NCBI GenBank assembly: GCA_963718615.1
Contig: OY970368.1
Location: forward strand, 6,016,001 to 6,080,000
Length of the DNA: 64,000 nucleotides
Direction: 5' to 3'
DNA from: an uncultured cyanobacterium
Lineage (GTDB): Bacteria; Cyanobacteriota; Cyanobacteriia; PCC-9006; JAAUQQ01
The stretch's first letter is position 1. Each line of letters opens with the position of its first letter. Below the pieces are notes generated by a model, which did not search any database, was not told the origin of the DNA, and saw only the letters and a list, made by a program, of their open reading frames with translations. A program made the translations under genes and the position numbers. Positions 60,101 through 64,000 of this stretch are shown here, piece by piece.

Positions 60101-61781
60101 CTTCTGCTCCAATCGTCGTCACGGCTGAGGTGATGATCTCTTCCCGAATCGAATCGATGGGCGGGTTCGTAACCTGGGCGAAAAGTTGCTGAAAATAGTC
60201 GTAGAGCAGTTTGGGTCGATTCGACAACACCGCCAACGGCGTATCCGTTCCCATGGCCCCCACGGCCTCGACCCCGTTTTGAGCCAGGGGGGTCAGCAAC
60301 AATCGTAATTCTTCAAACGTATACCCAAAGGCCCGTTGACGCTGGTGCAATGATGCACCGCCGGACAAATCCGGCAGGGACGAACCGCCGTTCGTTCCTA
60401 CGGCAGGGGGCAAATCGTCTAGGGAAACCAAATTTTGATCTAACCATTCCCGGTAGGGCTGTTGCGTTGCGATCTGTTGCTTGATCTCCGCGTCATCGAC
60501 GATCCGGCCCTGGTCCATATCCACCAGAAACATCCGACCGGGCTCCAGCCGCCCTTTGCGTGCCACCCGCTCCGGTTCGATGGGCAACACCCCTGCCTCC
60601 GAGGCCATGATCACCAAATCGTCCTTGGTGACGTAGTAGCGCGAAGGCCGCAAGCCATTGCGATCCAGAACGGCCCCCATCATCGTGCCATCGGTAAAGG
60701 CAATCGAGGCTGGACCATCCCAGGGTTCCATCAAACAGGAATGATACTCATAAAACGCCTTCTTCGCGGGGTCCATGGACTCGTGGCCCGTCCAGGGTTC
60801 CGGGATCATCATCATCACTGCGTGGGGGAGCGATCGCCCGGACAAAACCATCAACTCCAGCGTATTGTCAAAAATCCCCGAGTCACTGCCCTCAATATTG
60901 ATCACCGGCTGCAGCTTCGCCATGTCCGACCCAAACAGCTCCGAGTCAAACATCGACTGCCGTGCATGCATCCAGTTGATATTGCCCCGTAGGGTGTTGA
61001 TTTCGCCGTTGTGGGCGACGTAGCGGTAGGGGTGCGATCGCTCCCAGCTCGGGAAGGTATTCGTACTAAAGCGGGAGTGAACCAACCCCAAGGCACTCTC
61101 AAAATCGGGATCGCTCAGGTCTGGATAGTAAGCCTTGACCTGGGGGGGCATCAGCATCCCCTTATAGACAATCGTCCGGCAGGAGAGGCTGCTGGGATAC
61201 CAGTAGGGGTCGAGGCCCGTGGTGCGGATGACATTGTGCGATCGCTTGCGAATCACAAAGAGCTTGCGCTCAAAGGCCAGATCATCGCTTAAGCCATCGG
61301 CCAAGTCTCCACTGCGCAGAATAAACACCTGCTGCATAAAGGGCTCACTCGCCTTGGCGGTGTCTCCAAGGCTGCTGTTGTCCGTCGGCACATCCCGCCA
61401 GCCCAGGACCTTCTGGCCTTCCGCCGCAACAATCTGCTCAAAGGCCTCTCGGCCCTGCTGCCGCTGGACAGGATCCGGAGAGCTGTAGACCATGCCCACG
61501 CCATACTGACCCGGATCCGGCAGATCGATCCCCTGGGCCGCTGCGGCTTTCTGCATGAAGCGATGGGGCATCTGGGTGAGGATCCCGGCTCCATCGCCGG
61601 TATTGGGTTCGGCACCCACAGCGCCGCGATGTTCTAGGTTGACAAGGATAGTTAGGGCCTGTTCGACGATGTCATGCGATCGCACTCCCTTCATCTGCAC
61701 AATAAAGCCAACGCCACAGGCGTCATGCTCAAACTGCGGATCGTAAAGGCCCTGTTTGGCGGGGGAAACGGTTCTAATCAT
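57165..61781 (-). CDS. gltB: Glutamate synthase large subunit
   Basis: [70 protein letters not shown] domain; adjacent to gltD. Confidence 0.96.
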   Translation of the reverse strand: MIRTVSPAKQGLYDPQFEHDACGVGFIVQMKGVRSHDIVEQALTILVNLEHRGAVGAEPNTGDGAGILTQMPHRFMQKAAAAQGIDLPDPGQYGVGMVYSSPDPVQRQQGREAFEQIVAAEGQKVLGWRDVPTDNSSLGDTAKASEPFMQQVFILRSGDLADGLSDDLAFERKLFVIRKRSHNVIRTTGLDPYWYPSSLSCRTIVYKGMLMPPQVKAYYPDLSDPDFESALGLVHSRFSTNTFPSWERSHPYRYVAHNGEINTLRGNINWMHARQSMFDSELFGSDMAKLQPVINIEGSDSGIFDNTLELMVLSGRSLPHAVMMMIPEPWTGHESMDPAKKAFYEYHSCLMEPWDGPASIAFTDGTMMGAVLDRNGLRPSRYYVTKDDLVIMASEAGVLPIEPERVARKGRLEPGRMFLVDMDQGRIVDDAEIKQQIATQQPYREWLDQNLVSLDDLPPAVGTNGGSSLPDLSGGASLHQRQRAFGYTFEELRLLLTPLAQNGVEAVGAMGTDTPLAVLSNRPKLLYDYFQQLFAQVTNPPIDSIREEIITSAVTTIGAEGNLLNPQPESCRLIKLNTPILTNEQLAQLQQAPGFPAVTLPILFDPSQGAAGVEAAMAVLCEQADQAIAQGTSIVILSDRNISPSQAPIPALLAVAGLHHHLIRNGSRTRVGLVLESGEPREVHHFATLIGYGCGAINPYLAFESIDALIDQTILTGVDAKTAHKNFIKAVTKGVVKIGSKIGISTIQSYRGAQIFEAIGLQSSVVDRYFTWTASRLEGADLEAIIDEAIQRYHQGFSDRDPLNPTLEVGGEYQWRKDGEAHLFSPETIHLLQRAVREDNYELYKQYSAKVNEHGKQFFRIRDLLEFKAREPIPLDQVEPIEAIMSRFKTGAMSYGSISKEAHEALAIAMNRIGGKSNTGEGGEDPERYTWTNDQGDSKNSAIKQVASGRFGVTSLYLSQARELQIKMAQGAKPGEGGQLPGQKVYPWIAKVRHSTPGVGLISPPPHHDIYSIEDLAELIHDLKNANREARVSVKLVSEVGVGTIAAGVAKAHADVVLISGYDGGTGASPQTSIKHAGLPWELGLAETHQTLVLNNLRSRIAVETDGQMKTGRDVAIATLLGAEEYGFATAPLVTLGCIMMRVCHKNTCPVGVATQDPELRAKFTGDPAHTVNFMRFIAMELREIMAELGFQTINEMVGRTEVLEPRQAVDHWKAKGIDVSKILYQPEAGPEVGRYCQIPQDHGIERSLDMTTLLDLCEPAIARGEKVSAKLPIQNINRVVGTVLGNEITKRYWEGLPDDTIHLHFQGSAGQSFGAFVPRGVTLELEGDANDYFGKGLSGGKLILYPDKASTFVPEENIIVGNVAFYGATGGEAYIRGMAGERFCVRNSGVEAVVEAVGDHGCEYMTGGKVVVLGQTGRNFAAGMSGGVAYILDETGDFATRCNAQMVELEKLEDPEEIRDLQALIQRHSDYTGSTKAAQVLAHWETLVAQFVRVMPRDYKRVLQHIKTALANGLSGDEALSAAFEENARDVSRIGGG

Positions 61782-62208
61782 TGAAGGAAGGTCAGCGATA
61801 GGTCTGGAGGGGAGATGCTTACCAGCGAGCACCTCGGAGAAATGGCTGCAAGGGTCGGACCTGAAATGGCAAGGATTGCGATGACAGGGAATGAGTCAGG
61901 TTATCTAGGTTAGGGTGGTCTGGGAAAGTAAGGGATCCGTATCTCTTAAGAAAATCGTCAGATCCGACTCACGCTATAGGCAATGCTTCTTAGCATTTCT
62001 TTGCGTTCCGCTGTAAGGTATCGAAATACGTCCGGTTTGTGATAAGGAGTCAGGGTAGTCGATCGCGCTTCTTTCATCAAGGCCCTATCGCAGCGTTACA
62101 GGCAACACAGTTACAGGCAACACAACTGTTCTCGGTTGAGCTTGCGGGAGCGTTGAGCATGGGGAGTCAGCGCTACGATATAAAATCCACAAGGTATTCA
62201 ATCCGGAT

Positions 62209-63711
62209 TCAACAGCCTTGGGCCGGAGCAGATTGATATGCATATCTAATCTCCACTCCTGACCATTCACTAAATTCCCTCGCAATCCGCTCGATATCGC
62301 AGGAAGGACAAACAATCTCACATATATCTTGAGACACATTTACGAATGTGAGTTTATAAGGAACTGATTCATGGGTTTTATGGACACAAACACGAAGATT
62401 GTTATATTTTTTCGGTCTGAGGATATTTTTTCGTTCTGTTCCTCGTTTTTCTAGGATTGCCATTCGAAAACTAACTAGGTTTTGTTGTTCAAAAACTTTT
62501 TCCTCAACTTTCTCAATTGTAATCTGATGAATTAGGGGATATTTTATTTTGCCCGTTGTTTGTAAGCGCCAATTTGACCATTTCTCCCAGAGCCCTTGTA
62601 ATCCCCCCAGGACCAACAGTTCTATTAAATAGAGAACAAATATGCTTATAGATACCTTCACAATCAAAACAAGCATAATTGGTAGTAAACAGAGTATCGA
62701 AGCTACCATGAAACATCCGATAAATTGAGCTGATTCACTTGGAGTTTCTGGTGATACTGGCGGATCAAACAGCAGGTTTGAATCTTTCCTTAAGGCTTTT
62801 GTGATAATACGAAAATAAGTCGCGTTCGATTCGATAATGCTAGTTTCGTTGACTCCGAACGTCTCTTGAATGTGAATAGGTATAGCCTTCCTCTCTGCAA
62901 TGAGAGAATCCAAAAACATTTCTGCACTAGCCGCATCTTGTGGACGGTCGTGGGGGGAAGCTGAACAGAGATTTGTCAGCCAAACTTGCAAGCTACCGCT
63001 CAACTCAGGCTGAAGCTGGGTCGTCAATGAACCATCGATAATATCAAGCTCGGCGGGCGATCGCCCCGTCGCCGCATGTAACAATGTTGCCCCCAACGCA
63101 TACAAATCAGAAGCAGGAAATGCATGGCCACCAAACTGCTCCGGTGGCATATAGCCGTAGGTCCCCACAATCGTAATTGTGCTACCTTGGTGAGCCGCTA
63201 ACGTCTGCACCGAGCCGAAATCGACTAGATAAACCTTTCCGGGAGAATGGGCCGAGCGATCGCCCAAGAGAATATTGCTCGGCTTGATATCTCGATGAAT
63301 AACAGGCGGAGACAAACGATGTAGATAGTCCAAAATCCCTAACAAATCTCTGGCAATCCGCTTTAGGTCTTCTTCACTGAAACGACGCCCCAATTGTATG
63401 TGACGTTCTAGGGAGGGCTCCTCAATGTAGCTTTGAACAAGGGCAAAGTATTGACGCTGTTGGATACTGAATTCAAAGAAATCGAGATATTGAGGAATTT
63501 GGGGATGCTGAAGGGATTTTAGTGTCTCAGCTTCCCGCTCAAAGAGTTTGAGATCATCCCAAGTGAACTCGTCGCTGAAGCTGAGGAGTTTGATCACGAC
63601 GTTGGTGTGCGATCGCAAATCCTCCGCCAGCAGCGTTCTTCGCCCAGCTTTTCGTCCCAGTTCAGCAACGATTTGGTAGTGTTCTTGAATGCGATCGCCT
63701 GCCCTCAACAT
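62209..63711 (-). CDS. Ser/Thr protein kinase with C-terminal TM region
   Basis: LGRKAGRRT, VVIK, LFEREAETL, IHRDIKPSNILL, LVDFGSV, GTYGYMPPEQ, SDLYALG; ATG 63711. Confidence 0.9.
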   Translation of the reverse strand: MLRAGDRIQEHYQIVAELGRKAGRRTLLAEDLRSHTNVVIKLLSFSDEFTWDDLKLFEREAETLKSLQHPQIPQYLDFFEFSIQQRQYFALVQSYIEEPSLERHIQLGRRFSEEDLKRIARDLLGILDYLHRLSPPVIHRDIKPSNILLGDRSAHSPGKVYLVDFGSVQTLAAHQGSTITIVGTYGYMPPEQFGGHAFPASDLYALGATLLHAATGRSPAELDIIDGSLTTQLQPELSGSLQVWLTNLCSASPHDRPQDAASAEMFLDSLIAERKAIPIHIQETFGVNETSIIESNATYFRIITKALRKDSNLLFDPPVSPETPSESAQFIGCFMVASILCLLPIMLVLIVKVSISIFVLYLIELLVLGGLQGLWEKWSNWRLQTTGKIKYPLIHQITIEKVEEKVFEQQNLVSFRMAILEKRGTERKNILRPKKYNNLRVCVHKTHESVPYKLTFVNVSQDICEIVCPSCDIERIAREFSEWSGVEIRYAYQSAPAQGC

Positions 63712-63876
63712 CTTAAAGCTCCACTTACTCTCAATGAGCCTGGGGTCTATCTGCAAGGAGCAATGGTTTTATTCATTTGGTGTTGATCTTGGTTTTAGAG
63801 GAGTCGGTCTATCGCGGGTTTGGCCGTTTTCAGGGCAGTGAGTCTACAGCCTATTGGTCCCATCCTATTTTTGAGA

Positions 63877-64000
63877 TCAAGCCGAACTACCGCCATATGA
63901 ATATCTAATCTCCACCCCAGACCATTCACTAAACTCCCTAGCAATCCGCTCGATATCCCAAGAAGAACCAATAATTTCACATATGTCTTGAGATTGATTG
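63877..64000 (-). CDS. 3' end of an upstream paralog of the kinase (partial)
   Basis: Encodes ...SQDICEIIGSSWDIERIAREFSEWSGVEIRYSYGGSSA*, closely matching the kinase C-terminus SQDICEIVCPSCDIERIAREFSEWSGVEIRYAY. Confidence 0.75.
   Translation of the reverse strand, partial: NQSQDICEIIGSSWDIERIAREFSEWSGVEIRYSYGGSSA

Noticed and set aside
61985-62030. NtcA site upstream of gltB
   Set aside because: GTATCGAAATAC is GTA-N6-TAC, wrong spacing
1-64000. HIP1 (GCGATCGC) abundance as a novel repeat; rRNA/tRNA genes
   Set aside because: HIP1 is a well-known cyanobacterial feature; no rRNA or tRNA sequence recognised by eye

Overview
Cyanobacterial chromosomal window (abundant HIP1 GCGATCGC, ~55% GC). 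It is mostly housekeeping genes: photolyase, gamma-tocopherol methyltransferase, ruvC, porin, CbbR-type LysR, pip, HhoA, InrS-like repressor, cysE, gltB/gltD. An AT-rich, HIP1-free C5-MTase + BsuBI/PstI-type restriction-modification island sits at ~1.3-3.9 kb. The richest region is 11.4-21.0 kb, an HTH/iSTAND - MoxR AAA+ - vWA - FGE-sulfatase(CLec) conflict-type operon. Its two FGE genes end in paired variable regions with a DGR signature (changes mostly at codon positions 1-2 of NNC/NNT codons, invariant 3' end, GC hairpin), but no RT or template repeat is in the window. The operon is interleaved with a RAYT (REP-associated tyrosine transposase) and four REP doublets. Three doublets are filled with tandem arrays (12, 26, 48 bp) whose units contain REP inner-stem sequence. 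A fifth doublet lies between gltB and gltD. A separate notable pair is a subtilisin/P-domain protease and a divergent small gene that looks like a free-standing copy of its pro-domain. All family calls come from motif recognition by eye; no searches were run.
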